A stretch of DNA of 64,000 nt from Sphyrna mokarran (lineage: Eukaryota). The DNA is taken from positions 106,516,001 through 106,580,000 of the forward strand of contig JAGIQG010000003.1 in the NCBI GenBank assembly GCA_024679065.1, written 5' to 3'. The notes beneath the pieces were generated by a model, which did not search any database, was not told the origin of the DNA, and worked only from the letters and a program-made list of their open reading frames with translations. The position numbers and the translations under genes are program-made. This document shows positions 37,806 to 51,870 of this stretch, piece after piece (position 1 is the stretch's first letter; each line of letters begins with the position of its first letter).

Positions 37806-39639
37806 CTAAAATTGAAAAAGGGAGAAGGAATATTTCATTGATTTCATGTTTCAGAGCATTTACATCCAATAGTTGGAAACACTACACATTCATTTTATGT
37901 ACACAGATTATCATATACAAGTGAATACGTAGCAACAGAAATATATATTTTAGACTTTTTAAAGATGGAGACATTTCATCTGAAATATTGGACGAATTAT
38001 GTGGTATTTAATTATGATTCAAAATGAAAATTGAATTCCCATGAAAACTGAATGCATTTACCTAGTCAGTAGTTAAGCCATACAGAATTAAGACATTGTA
38101 GCATGGACACTGAGCTTGCACTGTGTCCTTTCCACATCTTGGGCAGCAGATAAAACGCTGCAATTGGCCTACATGCTATTGGATTTGGGCAAGGAAAATA
38201 GTTTTTGCTTTTATTCCTGTCTAGCACTTCCTTTTGGAAGTCTGATCCAGGATTATTTGGGTTAATTGTAAATTCCATTGCTTTTGAGAAGTATATCCTT
38301 TAGATGGGGCACAAGAGGGTGCAGAACTTGAACAAAAACCTATACTTTTAACAGAGAAAGCAATTAAAATGTTTCAAAGAATGAAAGAGCAATGAAATGC
38401 TCTTCCTCGACAAGAAAAGTACCATCAAAAAGGTTGGAAATGGTAGTTAAATTTATATAAATTTAAAAGGCTGGTAGTTCCAGTTTTTGAGTTTAGTCAT
38501 TGCTTGTAAATATGATGGGATAGGCTTTCATTTTCCTGCCTCAGCATTAAGCATTGTGAGAGAGGAGGACAGAACAGAAAATCTGACTGGGGGAAGGGGG
38601 AGAATCATACTTTCCCATTAGTCGATCCTTCTTGCAGACCTTTCTTTTGTGCATCAAGCAGGCAATGCTTAATGTCCATGTTGTAAAGCTAAACATTTGT
38701 CTGAATGTATGTATACATTTTGGCAATTGATTGTATCAATATCAGTTTTTACATTTTTGATATGATTCAATTCAAAATATTATTTAGTGAATTCTGTGCA
38801 TAATGAATGAACAAACTGAAACTCCATTTGGATTTGCTTTTGAAATGTGATGAACATTTCAACATCATGGGAGGCTTTTGGGGAAAACTTGTGAGAACAC
38901 TCTAGAGATTGCTGTAGTGTGAGAAGGTAGAGTTGTGGTTGAAGATTAGCCATGATTTTGTTAAATAATACAGGTTCCAAAGACCAAATGGTCTATTCCT
39001 GTTCTAGTTCTTACATTCACCTGATATTTATTGAAGCCAAGAGACCAGAGAAATTCTTTTGTTTAAGTTCATTGAAATGCCAATAAAACATTTTCAAGTT
39101 AATGAGATACAGTGTTGAAGGACAAATCAGTTATAAACACTTAGCAAATGTCTGGAAAGTTCCTAGATTATCTAGCTAGGTTAGACTACCTGGCTAGACT
39201 AGTTAGGTTATCAGGAAAACTCATCATGGTTTACAGCTGATTGACTGAAATGTTCAGTATAAAATGCCTGTTTTCTTAAAGAGACCAGGCCTGATGAAAG
39301 GAAAGAGACTGAAAATTTAAACAAAACCAACTTAATGTTATTAGAATCAACAGTAAATATTGATTTCTGGCAACTCAGCTTAACAAATTATTCTCTTTTA
39401 CCACACAGTGAATTGAAATAATGAAAAGGTATGCAGTTACTTTATAGCTAGACTTAGATCTGATAGTGCTTCAGTGAAATTCAAGACAAGTACAAATCAC
39501 TTACAAAGAAATGTTGTGCTTGTAAAAAGACTATAGACCTAGAGCAGATGGGAATGATTCATTAAGTTGTATGCAAAAAGTAGGATTAATCTCAGAACAA
39601 ATATATATTTCTCCAGGTTCTTTTCTCTCTGTTTCCTTT

Positions 39640-40085
39640 CCTCTGACTCATGCACCCAGATGACAATGAGTGGCTAGACATTGGCGGTTTGTTAGCTTTT
39701 TAACTTGTAAGGAACACCATATCGGAGCCCATGCCTTTGCTGACATCTACGCACAGACTTTCCAATAGGGGTTATAGGATAACAATTGGGAGTGGGAGTG
39801 CGAGCTAATTTTTCCCTTATATGAGAAGCTATTTATTGTGAGCTCTGATAGCAAGTGACAGACAGTTATTTTACAACAGGTTACAAATACATCCAAGCCT
39901 GATCTTACCCTCTTTCAATATTCACATGTACACTCGCACCAGGGGTGATTAAACACTTATCAGGAACAGGAAAAAAAGCTAGATGATCTTCCACCTCTTG
40001 GCCCAGAGTACTGAGCTCAACTGTAGCATCCCTACCACCAAATCAGCACAGGTTAGGAATCCCAACTGAAACCTTCCCTATTTGA
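39640..40085 (-). mobile_element. Possible ancient LF-SINE-like remnant
   Basis: Recalled similarity only (aggggt..gat..caggaacagg; ctgag..caactgtagcatcccta..tcagcacagg..aaccttcc). Confidence 0.3.
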
Positions 40086-40249
40086 CCACAATCTTTCAAA
40101 CTTAGATTAGGAGGTTGTGCTGAGGATTGAAGGTTGCCATTTTAATACCTCAGACCAAAATATGGGAAAGGGATGAACAGAAAACCATAGACCAGACATC
40201 CGAATATCAGAAACAGGTAAGCTATATGAGTACTTCAAATGGATAAATC

Positions 40250-41145
40250 AATTCACACTTAGAAAGACATTTGATAAAAGTTCCATAAAAAATATTATGG
40301 GTAAAAATTAATCCAAGATACCAACATTATAACATCGGATCAACGTAGGATGAAAGAGCTCAGTTTTGATTGGGCTGATACATTCCAGCGATCTAGACTG
40401 GGCCTCAGTTTTTTTACAATGTCTATTAATGACCTTAGTGAAGGAATACAGAATTGTATATATAAGCTTGTAGCTGACACTAAGTTAGAAAGCAATAATA
40501 ATTCATGAGAATGGGAACAGAAAATTACAAACTGACATAGATTAAATGAAGTGCAGAAAATAGCAAATAGAGTTTAAAATGGGAAAGTGTAAGGTAGTCC
40601 ACATTGTATCTGAGAAAGACCATTCAGAATATTTTCCTATTGCTGCGAGGAGCTGTGAAAAAACCAAAGGGATATAGATGTGCGTGTATATGAATCACCA
40701 AAAAGTACTGCACAAGCAGAAAAAAACTCAATAGGGCCAATGAAATTTTGGCCTTTATCTCAGTGGGTTGGAATTCTAAAGTGAGACAAAAATGCTCGAG
40801 TTGTATAGAACCTCAAGGCCTTCATTGGGAGTAATGTATTTAGTTTGCAGCACCAAATCTCTTGAAAGATACAGGAAGTAACAATACAAATTAACCAGAA
40901 CGATGCTATGGTGTAAAAAAAACAAATTGCAGAATTGGTTTTTATTTCATTGATTTTAGAAAGAGTGATCTAGTTGAAGTGTTTAGAACAATACAGGGAT
41001 TTGAATGGGTGGTTAAAAATAAGTTATTTATTTTTAAGGAAAAATCCAGAACAAGAGGACAGAAAGCATTTTTTCTCTCAAAAAAATCTGGAACTCATTT
41101 CCCCTGAAGGATATGGATGCTTGATCAATTTAAATTTTCAACAAT
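40250..41145 (+). mobile_element. Old, heavily mutated CR1 RT fragment
   Basis: Residual FDKVP, ADTKL and FKMGKCKVVH-like words in broken frames. Confidence 0.6.
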
Positions 41146-44100
41146 GATTTAGTAGCACTGGAGTTGAATCCCAAGGACAAGTCAAGGTTTCAGGGTGTGA
41201 TGGGTGATAGAACGAAAATTAGAGGAAGACTCAAATTAACGACTAGGGTATGGAGGAACACTGGACTGGTGGAAACTTGGTTTAATACTCTAGGGGAAGA
41301 CATGGATACAGTAGACACATCCAAGTGGATGATCTGCATCTTGGGGTGACAAAGAAGTCCATGCATTTGCACATCTGTTATGGAGCAAGGTTAGAGAGGC
41401 AGGAAACAGAGCTTTAAGAAAATGGATCATAATGAAGAAGCGAAGCTAGGGATTATCTAGATTATCTTTGTATTCTAGAATGAACAAATATAATCACAAG
41501 TTTTCATAAACAACTAAATTTCCACCCAATTTATGAAGAAGTATTTGAGAATTCCACACCAGGCAATATCAGATGCAACAGAACCAAATGTAATCAGGTT
41601 CAGAGTTAGATGTATCAAAACAACAAAAATCGAATGTTGCTAGGAGTCTTAATGAATTTATGCTCGATATATTACATTCACATCACTATCACTGCAAGTG
41701 CTACATAATAATCCAAGTATAGACCTGCCAGCAAAATCTTGTTCTTCAAGGTCTCGGGAAAATCAAGACCTCTATAATGTGATTATCTTGCAGTGATTAA
41801 TGTTCTGTCAGCTCTAGTTGAACAGGAAGCACCAGCACATGCTTCAGAAGTGGATCCCTACATGAATTACTTCCTTTCTCAGCTGAGGAGCATCACACTG
41901 TTGTTTGAAAGAAGAGGTAGAAAGGAAAAGGTGCAGTATTTTTAAATGACAGGAAAGACAAATGCAAGGAAATGCTTCTGTTTTTAAGCTATTATTCCTG
42001 TCATCAGCAGAGCTAAAGCAATCCACTTAAAACATACTTTATGCAATCTGTAAAAATTATGTGTCACATTAAGCATAACTAACAAATGTTCCTTTTCTGG
42101 AATGGAGCATTTCATTGTATTTAATATACCAATTTCATCTGTGGAGTTGCTTAGTGATTGTGTGTTACTATATTGACATAAAACATACTACAATACAAAT
42201 AGAAAAAAAAATTAACAATGTTGGATGGTCAAATAATAGTTCTTTTACATGCAGATTTGCATGCAGTTGATAGCATGCTAAAACGATTATGTTTTAGCAC
42301 GCTCGAGTTTCAATAGTCCAATTTTTTTGGTGAAAATAAGCTCTGCTCATCATTCTTAAAGAGCAAATCGAACAGTGACTTCCAACAACTGTATATGTTG
42401 GAATATGAAAATCACATGGTTGCTGTCCATGTTTCCCTGTTTCTCCATGACCTTCACTACACCAAGAGACTCAGCAATGAAATATATAGAACAGCATACA
42501 ATTGGCGTACATAGATGATACATACCCCACTATACACTATAAAGAAAGCTAGCAGTTGCTCATTCCAGTAGAAGATACATTTTTAACAATGCAGTACGTC
42601 TTAATTCTGGCATAGAAAATTGATCTTTTACAAGTGAACAATGTCATTCCTTCAGATTTTAATTATTGTTATAGATTCATAAAACCAAAAACATGCAAAT
42701 AGCTTTATTTTTACTTTCTCTTTGTCTGTTTTGCAAATAATTTTGTTCTTACATTTTTGTCCGCTTTTCTACCTCATACATATAAATGCACAGAAGAAAA
42801 CAAATTCGTGTAGATGTCACCTTCAGATTTATTTTGTGGGAAAGATCTGGGAAAATAATTACTGCTATCAGATCTCACAATGAAATAATATAGTACTGAC
42901 ATCTACACATACTAAGGGAAAGCATATTGTAGAAGAATTTATGTTATAAGCTGATCGATTGCTAAGTATGAAACTTGGTTGTTTTTGAAGTGATGATATT
43001 ATTCAAACAGTTACTTCTTTGAGATGGATGATGTCATAACAAATACCTGATTGACTTGCTTGCACTTTTAGAAGAAAAAATATATTACAGCTTGCGATAA
43101 GTATCACTCTAATTTACCTCCAATTGAAAATTAATTGTTTTCAAATAAGCTTTTGGTGCACTAAATGTAATATGATCTTGACTTCTAATATGTCCTGCAC
43201 CATCTGTGGAATTTCTGTCCTATTCGTTTCTCCTGCCCCTCATGCTCTGCAGTTTACTTAGGGAATTATAGAGACTGTTCTCATCAAATTATATAAAAAG
43301 ACAGGTTATTTTGAGAACAGTGTATTAATCTTTATTTTTCTAACACAAACTTCAGATGTTGAAGAACATGGTACATGACTGTATGTAAACATTTGTGTGA
43401 TTTTCTATGCAATATCACATAAACTGCAGAATTTGACGTATACACATTTCAAATTCTGCATTTTACTGCATAGAAAATCACATTGTTTCACCAGATATTA
43501 GAATTGCAATAACAAACCTAGTAAAACAGAGCAAATTTTAGTGAACAAGAAAGTTAACAACATCATATTCCCATATTCATGTTAAAACACTTGGCAAAAG
43601 AAATGTATAAAGCTTCAGACATAATGTAATGCTCTATTTGGATCAAATAATCCTTTCTAAAAATCTTAATTTACTTATACAAATATTAACTGAAAAAAAA
43701 CAATAGACTGCAAATCTCAGATACTGCAGTGTAAAGATGGTCCATTTTCACACTACAAAGTTAGATTAAAATCTCAGAATAAAGCACTTTCTTGTTAACA
43801 ACAGCACTGACCTTTAGACTGATTAAGAATATTTTTATGAAGCAGCCTGAAGAAAATAGCTTTTTGAAGAATTAGATCAAGAGATGCAGTTTACAGCCCA
43901 GCAACACACTGAGTTGTTGAACTGAAATTTTACAGACTCAGGGAAAATAAGGCAGGACTGCAACCAGAATTCTTCAGCATGGCAAATTCCCAATTTCAAA
44001 TGATTCTTCAGGAGGTAGGTAACCAGGCAATAGAAAGAGGGGAACAAGAAATTCAGTCAGTGATTCACTTTGGGTCTCTATGGCTACCTTCCCAGCTCAA

Positions 44101-46143
44101 CAAATGTTTGTGGTGGATCTAAAGTGACTTTGGTTGGTAAAGGTGGGTAGGTAAGACAAGGAAAGAAATAAACCTGAAAATCAATAAATCCTAAAGTATT
44201 TGGATTTAACTGACTTAATTAGCTTGCCAACAAATCTCATTGCAAATATGACTGCACACTACACATACAGTACATTATTCTGCAGTAAGTGCACCACTTT
44301 GACATTTGGCTATTTGCAACAAAAGCAGAAGTGTGCAGTTAGGTAGTTACTGGCATTGACAAACCATCAGCTAAATGATTGAGTAGAGATAAAAGCCTTT
44401 AACTATGTTGACAGTACATAGGACAAACATTTGCCCCAAGAGAATTGCTTCTGATCAAGATGATCTAATTCAAATCAGTCAAAATCTATTATTCATGATC
44501 TGGCAGACCACTGCTATTAATCACATCTGTTTGTTACACCATTAAACATACTGTGGAATAATTTCATCTAATAAACAAATCAAGATGTGTGATGAAAAAT
44601 GAATTAATTAATCCAAATGACTGTTGTGCTCCATCACCTTTTAATCTTCTGATCTCTAATTCAGCCATATTCAAATTTATAGCAGTGTGCATTGTTTATG
44701 AAAGAGCTAGGAGCACATTTAAGGACTCATTAAGGATTGTGTTTATGATTTGTGAAAAAAATGTATTTCACATTGACTTTTTTTTAAATGAGATTCTGCA
44801 ATTTTACATTATTACAGAATATAACAAAACCAATTATTAGCAATTGTCAAAAAGCCCCCATTTACAGGACTTTCTAAATTTAAAATTCCAATTTTCTAAT
44901 ACCATGAGTGAAACAGGATAAATGCGGCAGTTTAGCATTCAATTGAAAGCACTAAACAGTATAAGTTTAATGACAAAGAACAGGAATGTTTCTGAATTGT
45001 ATGCCAATATTAATGGTGCACAACAAGAATGAAGAGATTTCTGAAAGCACTGTTAGTACTATGCCCCAGAATATGGGCATATGGTTAGCAAATGCAGAAA
45101 GGAAAAACAGAATGTCAGGATCACTATACCTAAAGGTGACAGTGCCCAAGGGGACCTTAGCCCAGCTCAGCTGCTTCAGCTCTGCTAGTTCAGTTAGAGA
45201 AGGGAAGAAAGGTAAAATAATCTTGTATTTGAGAAGGGCTCTTTCTTTGAACCATGCCTCCTTGCAAATTAACCAAGAGCTGCTACTGTTGGGAGTTCAC
45301 GGACCAATCCAGGTCTGGATTGTCCGGCTGTTCAAAAAAGGTTTGCGTGGTCTTGGAAGTTTACATTAAGGCTCAAGAGGTTAAAAAAATTAAAATATGG
45401 GGATTTTTTTTTTACAAGGTACACAAACAGTCAATGAAGCACAGCAGCTGGAAGAGATCACATCGCAGAATGCAGGAAGTGGATATCATGAGGCTCTCTG
45501 AATCTTGAAAGGGATGACATGCAGGAGAACAAGCAGCACTCCAATCCAAATTTCAGCAACAGTTCTTCATGAGAGTGCTCCAAGATGCAGACATATGCTG
45601 TGCTTAAACCAGTGTAGTATTTTCCAGCCCTAGAGCAGGAAATGCAAAAACTGTGCAGTCACAGACAGTTGACAGCAAGGAACACTAAAGTGCCTTTTGA
45701 ACCAAATCCAAACTATAGTTTCCCATTTAAAAAAAAATCTACACTCTCCATCCAGTATACTTGTCCTTATACACATGGAAGGATCCAAGATTCTTTTCTG
45801 TAATTTCCACATAATTTTAAGAGTCCAAAGTGAAATTATAGAATTTCAAGGAAAGACACACTGTTTAATTAATCCCATGAATTACTGAGGGACAAGTAAC
45901 AAACTGATAGAACAGGAAGGGATAAAATATTACAACTGACAAATAAGTTAAAATGGAAGTACTGGACTTGTATTTTTTTTGTAATTTTAGCCATTCGCTT
46001 CCATTGCACAATTTCATTTAAATGGCATTACACAATCAACTAGTACAGAATAGTGAAATCTTTGATTTACCCAACAATCATCACAGAGACAAAAAGGGAG
46101 CCCATTCCTAATAAATTTAGGAACTATTGCAACAGTAACTTAC

Positions 46144-46235
46144 CTCAAATTCTTCAGAGAATCCATGTTGATTATTGGTATATAGTTCATTGATGTGCTT
46201 TACAAATTGCTTGACTGGAATGGCCTCCATATCAT
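46144..46235 (-). CDS. PTPRG: PTPRG exon: (D)[30 protein letters not shown]
   Basis: 92 nt; ccctttAG / GTaagt; within ORF 46117..46311. Confidence 0.94.
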
Positions 46236-48789
46236 CTAAAAGGGAAAGAACAAACAAAGATGTTGCTGGGCAACTAACACAATTACAGCAGAATGCATGA
46301 GCTGGGTGCAATTAATATACTTTTTGCAAAAAGCTGAGCTGGTGTTACTTGTATGCAAGTCTCAAAAAATGCTTCAGACTTAATTGATGTACACAAATCA
46401 GCTTTGAAGAAAACTAATCAAAATGCAACACACATGGCAAACCAGAATTACTTTGGGATTACAATTTAACAAATGCATTTGGGTAGGAATGGAGAGCTTT
46501 AATTATTTATTTAATATATTGAGACCAAAAGCACACCTGAGCTCAACATGAGATAATAAACCCAATATTGGCTTTGTTTCCTTAGTGACAAAATAAATAT
46601 TTTTTGTATATTCTAAATAATTCAACACTGTGCTCTGATTTTAGAAGCAGAGAATTACATTTAGTGCAATTAGCAAAAGTACAACAGAAGTATGAACTAA
46701 AGTTACTGGATATAAAGGATACCAACACAAATGAAAAAATAAGCAAAAAATGCAGTTTAACACCATTTTCTATCTTCATTTTTTCCATTTTATTGTGTCA
46801 GCAGCAAAAGCAAACTGAGGGAAAAACTGGATTTACAAGGAGATAAATGCAATGATTTGGCATTAAATGTTAAATAAAATCTTCGTAGAAAATGTACTGT
46901 AAGATATTAAAAAGAGGAATTAGAGATAAAAAAATTTCCCATTTGGCTTTCTGCAAAGGTTAAAGCCAAATTAACATTTCGAAACATCAAGGTTTTGTGA
47001 GCATTGGAATGATAGGGTAAGATCAGGATGTTGGAAACAGAAAGGAAAATAACAATATAAATTAAACTCTGAGCAGCAGGGTCCACAATCGCCAGTGCTG
47101 ACAGATTTGAAAACATTATGGGATGAATTTTATGTTTCATACCATTATTACTGGGGGGGCGGTATTATTGAGCAGCAGCAGGTAAGAGTTTGTTATTAAA
47201 TTTATCAGAACTCACCTTAACATTGTCTCAATCAGGACACTTTCCAGGTAGGAACTAACATTAAACATACATGTCCCACTCTCCTTTTGAATAAGTGTTT
47301 AAAAAAAGACACAAATCCTATCCTTTAGCTCCCTTTGTTTCTCCATAAAGGCTAAAAGGCTACCACATGGCAGAGAACACAGCTTTGGCCCAAACCAAGA
47401 ATGGTCCCGTAGTTTGATGATGACTGCTTCCAGGCTGTGTGCAATTGATGGGAGATCCTCAAGCCTGCCGACCTCCCAGCAAGACAAAATTTAAGTCAAG
47501 GCATAGGCAACATCCAAATAACTTAGTTATAGTGCTGTTCAAGGTCCAGTCACCTTTTCTGATTTGCCAGGATGAATGTGTAACCATTTCAGAGATAGAT
47601 CTATACGGAAGGGTATGAGGATGTGACATTTGTCAAGAGAGGGATTGCCTTGTGTCATGGCCAAAGACACAACATGGCATACAGCACACAACAACTCTCC
47701 ACGGCACTGGGGGATTCAGGGTATGTATAGGGGGAAGGCGGAGAGAGATTATAACTAAATCATCTGTTAGTTAGCAAGGAGCATTGAGAAATGTCAATCT
47801 CCAACAAAGAACATATTGACCATACATTAGATTTTAGCAAGCATATTCATTACATTGTCCCTTTTTATTTGCAGAATATGAAGGAACATAATGCTAGAGG
47901 GCTAGGCCTGGAGATGGTCAAGCCAACATGACCATTTTCATCCTGATAAAGCAGGAAGTTCTGCAGCTAGCAGCAGAGCACTGAATCACATTACTGGACT
48001 TAAGTGAAATTGGAGGATGGTCTCAGGGTGATGAGATTTTAAAGACTGAATAACTCTCTTCTGGAAACAGTGCTGAAAAAGAGGTGGTTGAGACAGGAAA
48101 CTGGAAAAGATAGTGGGGAGGTAGAATTGATGGCTTTTGATTTTGTGGATTGCAGAATTTGAGAAGGAATATATATCTCAATGTTGAAGAGTATAAAATT
48201 CAAATCCTGGTTTCCATCTCCCAATGTTAAGTGTGTATTTATAGGAAATGAGTCTCTCTGAAGTAATCGCAAATGATGATGATGTCCCTCATTCTTGTTT
48301 GTTTCCTGCACAACTGAACTGGGAGCTGGAGGGAGAGCAAGAGGAGGAGGAAAAAGCAGGAGGAAGTCAGAAGTGTGCACCATCACATTCTTGCTTCCCA
48401 TTTGGCATCAGCTTACCATAACAACAGCTGAGCTTCCTACCTCTGAATAGGAGGTTCTCATCACCCCAAAGGCTCACTACCTCTGGCAACCAAAGGATGC
48501 CTGCCAATGTCATCCCATGCAAAGGGGCATACAGGTCAGCTGGCGGATGGAGGTGAGGAAATACTAATGGCACAGCATCAATGAACAATTTACCAAAACA
48601 CCACATTAGTCACATATGGGTTCACACAATTGATGGTTCAGTTTTGAGAGTTATGAAAATTGTTTTTATGTAATTATTCTTTTCACATGATATTCCAGCT
48701 GCATTATTATTTCATGCATTTGATTTTCATTTGGGTTGAACGCATGGTGTTAAGGGAATTTGTATTCATGTAGGTTCCTCTGATTTCAA

Positions 48790-49677
48790 ATTTCAAATCT
48801 TGCGATGATACAAAACTTGAAAACATTGTGAACTGTGAGGAGGGTGTAGTGTAGAACTTCAAAGGCTCATAGACGAGTTAGTGGAATGGACAGACAAGTG
48901 GCAGATTAAGTTTAATGTGGAGAAATATGAACTGATTAATTTTGATAAGAAACACATGGAATGCCAATATAAAATAAAGGATACAACTCTAAAGGGGTTG
49001 CAGGAGCAGACAGACCTGGGTGCACATGTACATAAATCACTGAGGGGCAGGTTGACGGAGCAGTTAATAAAGCATACAGGATATTGGGCCTTATTAATAG
49101 AGGAAAAGAGGACAAGAGCAGCACTGTTATGTTGAATTTGTACAAGTCACTAGTTCAGCCTCTGCTGTAGTTTAGTACCTAGTTTTGGATGGTGCATTTC
49201 AAGAAAGATGTGAAGACTTGAGAGATGCTGCAGAACAGATTCACAAGAACGATCCCATGGATAAAGAATTTTATTCTGAAGATAGATTGGAGAAGTTGGG
49301 ACTACTTTCCTTAGACAAAAGATAACAGATCAGATTTGATAGATGTATTCAAATTCATGACGGCCCCAGACAGAGTAGATAGGGAGAAATTATTCCCATT
49401 GTGAAATGCTCAAGGACGAGAGAGCGTGAATTTAAAGTAATCAGCAAAAGAGATATGGGGAGGAACTTTTTTATGTAGCTAGTAGTTAGGAGGTTGGAAT
49501 ATACTTCCCAGGAGTGAGGTGGAGGCAGTTTTAATTGAAGCATTCAGAAAGGAATTAGACTGTTTTCTGAAAAGGATGTGTAGGATTATCGGGAGAGTGG
49601 CACCAAGTGGGTTGCTTATTTGGAGAGCAGGTGTAGGCATGATACACCAAATGGCCCCCTCTACCAGTAACAATTCT
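48790..49677 (+). mobile_element. CR1 LINE 3' fragment
   Basis: DDTKL...EWTDKWQIKFNVEKYE (ORF 48881..49135); CR1-type 3' UTR ending ccagtaacaattct. Confidence 0.8.
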
Positions 49678-50500
49678 GGAATGATGCAGAACTGAAAAAA
49701 TTCAAAGCCACTGTTACCAGATGACTAGCATTATAATTGGAAGCAATCTCCCCAGTCAGCATGTCAGACAGGAATGTGACTGACTCCCTCGAGAGATACA
49801 GTCTTCCGAGGCACTGGCATTCGGACATCTGGAGACATGTCATCCTCACCCTGTATATATGGCTTCCAAGGCAATGCTCTCACTTACCTCTGCCTATCTG
49901 ATGTTGCTGTTTGTCCTCCACAGCCCCTTGCTCTGTGGCAAGTTGTGCAGCTTGCTTGACCTCTCCTGGCTAATTGTCCTCCTCCTCCTCCTCACTGGAG
50001 GAATCACCACCTACAGAATGTACCATTCCCATGGGGTACAGCAATTTAAAGGTTTACAGTGCAGCGTGCAAACTTATTTAAAGCACTTTCTAGATGCCCC
50101 CTTCCCTAGGAAAATGACCAAATGCAGGCTGAAAACTATAGTCAATCAAAATTAAACCACAGTGAAACACTTCAGTAACAGAATCTTCTGCTGAATGCAG
50201 CCACAGTCCTTCACTAAACTTCACATCCACCTTTGCAATACATCCACTTTACCTGATGTCAGTCCAAACATCTTTCAAATGCATCCAGTGAAAAATGAGC
50301 AACATAAAATTCAAGTTCAATGCACTGTTAACGAGCTTAATAGCTTGTTAATTAGCTTTTATTTTCAAAATGTCAGACAGGCTGCCGATTTCGATGACCA
50401 TCCACTTCTAATATTATGGTGACCATCATCAGCATGCCAGATTTTAAACATGCATGTGGAGGAGAGCAGCACTCCTGAGTTCAAAATGTAAAATTCACCC
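49678..50500 (-). mobile_element. PIF/Harbinger transposon remnant (N-terminal transposase + terminal repeat)
   Basis: ORF 49661..49849: QCLGRLYLSRESV...VTVALNFFSSASFQ resembles HARBI1-type xxAALxFxxSGSFQ; ends gtaaaattcaccc. Confidence 0.6.
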
Positions 50501-51109
50501 CTATGTTTTGCGCAGAAGTTTCTCTCAAGGTTACCTACAAATTCAAATCACTACACAAAATATTATTTATTAGCATTTGAGCAGCATATTACATGTGAAA
50601 AAAGATTATAATTCAATATTTCAAAGTGATCAGTGTCATCACACCAAATTAAATTTAAAAAGTGCTGGAAACGAAAACAAAATAGAAATTGCTGGAATGT
50701 GTATCTCTGTCAATATTTAAAAGCCAATAACGTTTCAGGTGAAGTCCTTTATTAGAATGTAGGACCCTTTATCAGAGATCTCAAGCAAATTCTAATCTTA
50801 TTTCTCTTGAGATGCAGCTGTTCTGGTTTGTGGTTCCATTCTGTCTTCTTTTATACTAGGCTTGTTTAGTTTAATTACCCCCAATATTTAGTTCACTATG
50901 AAAGGTTATATGTTTGCTCTAAAAGTTGGATAAAGAACTTATTTATTTAATATTAAACTGTCCTTATTTGAGGAAACTGGATTTCTTGGGAGTAATACAT
51001 ATGAAAATAACACAACTGTGACGATGAAACAAGTAAATTCAATTCTGAACAGGATATTTTTATGGCAATATAATGGAATTATAGTTAAATTGCTATTAAA
51101 GCATTTTTA

Positions 51110-51870
51110 AAAATTCATTCATAGGATGTGAGTATCAATGGCAAAGTCAGCATTTCTTTTACATCCCTTGTCAATTCTTTATCAATTGTGTTTAACTATG
51201 GAGGTAGAGAGCATGAATTGGGGTTTCACTTCAACAAATATGAAGAAACTGAAGCTGTGGTATGTTTGAATTAGGGGGTGTATGCTTGTAATGTTTCACT
51301 CTGAATAAACATAAGACTGAATTGAGATTGGATCCATTACTATCCTTCACCCTTTCTGTGATGTAACATCCCCAACTGCCCTCAAGAAGATAGTGATGAG
51401 CTGCTTTTGAACAGTTATAGTCCATGTGGCAAAAGACTACCACAGTACAGTTAGATAAGAATTTCCAGGTCCCAACAACAATGAAGAAATGGCAAAAATT
51501 TGCAAATAAATTTCGGCTGGAACTCGACCACCTCACCTGCCATGGAATTGGCGCAGGCGAGGATCGAACAACATAAATCTCTGTTGATCTCATTGCCTTG
51601 TTGAGCAAGGCCTAAAAATCCCACCCATAATGTGCAAATTGGAGGGGAACTTGCAGATGATGTTGTCCCCATCTTTATTCTTCTTTGCAATAGAGTTGGA
51701 GGGTTAGAAGGTGTTGTTAAAGAAATTGTAACAAGTTGCTGCAGTACATTTGATTGATGGTACTCAGTGCAGATACCATGCACTAGTGGTAGAGGGAGTG
51801 AATGTTTCAGGTGCTGGATGAGATGCCAATCAAGTGGGCTGTTTTGTTCTGCATGATGGTTGCACTTTTG
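51110..51870 (-). mobile_element. Non-LTR LINE 3' fragment with internal insertions
   Basis: attcattcataggatgtgagtatc..ggcaaagtcagcattt start; matches 62040-62990. Confidence 0.55.

Noticed and set aside
39162-39214. CTAG-rich quasi-repeat
   Set aside because: Short and irregular; no evidence of function
44986-45620. 127-aa ORF or possible transposase relic
   Set aside because: No recognisable motif or splice support; similarity too weak to call
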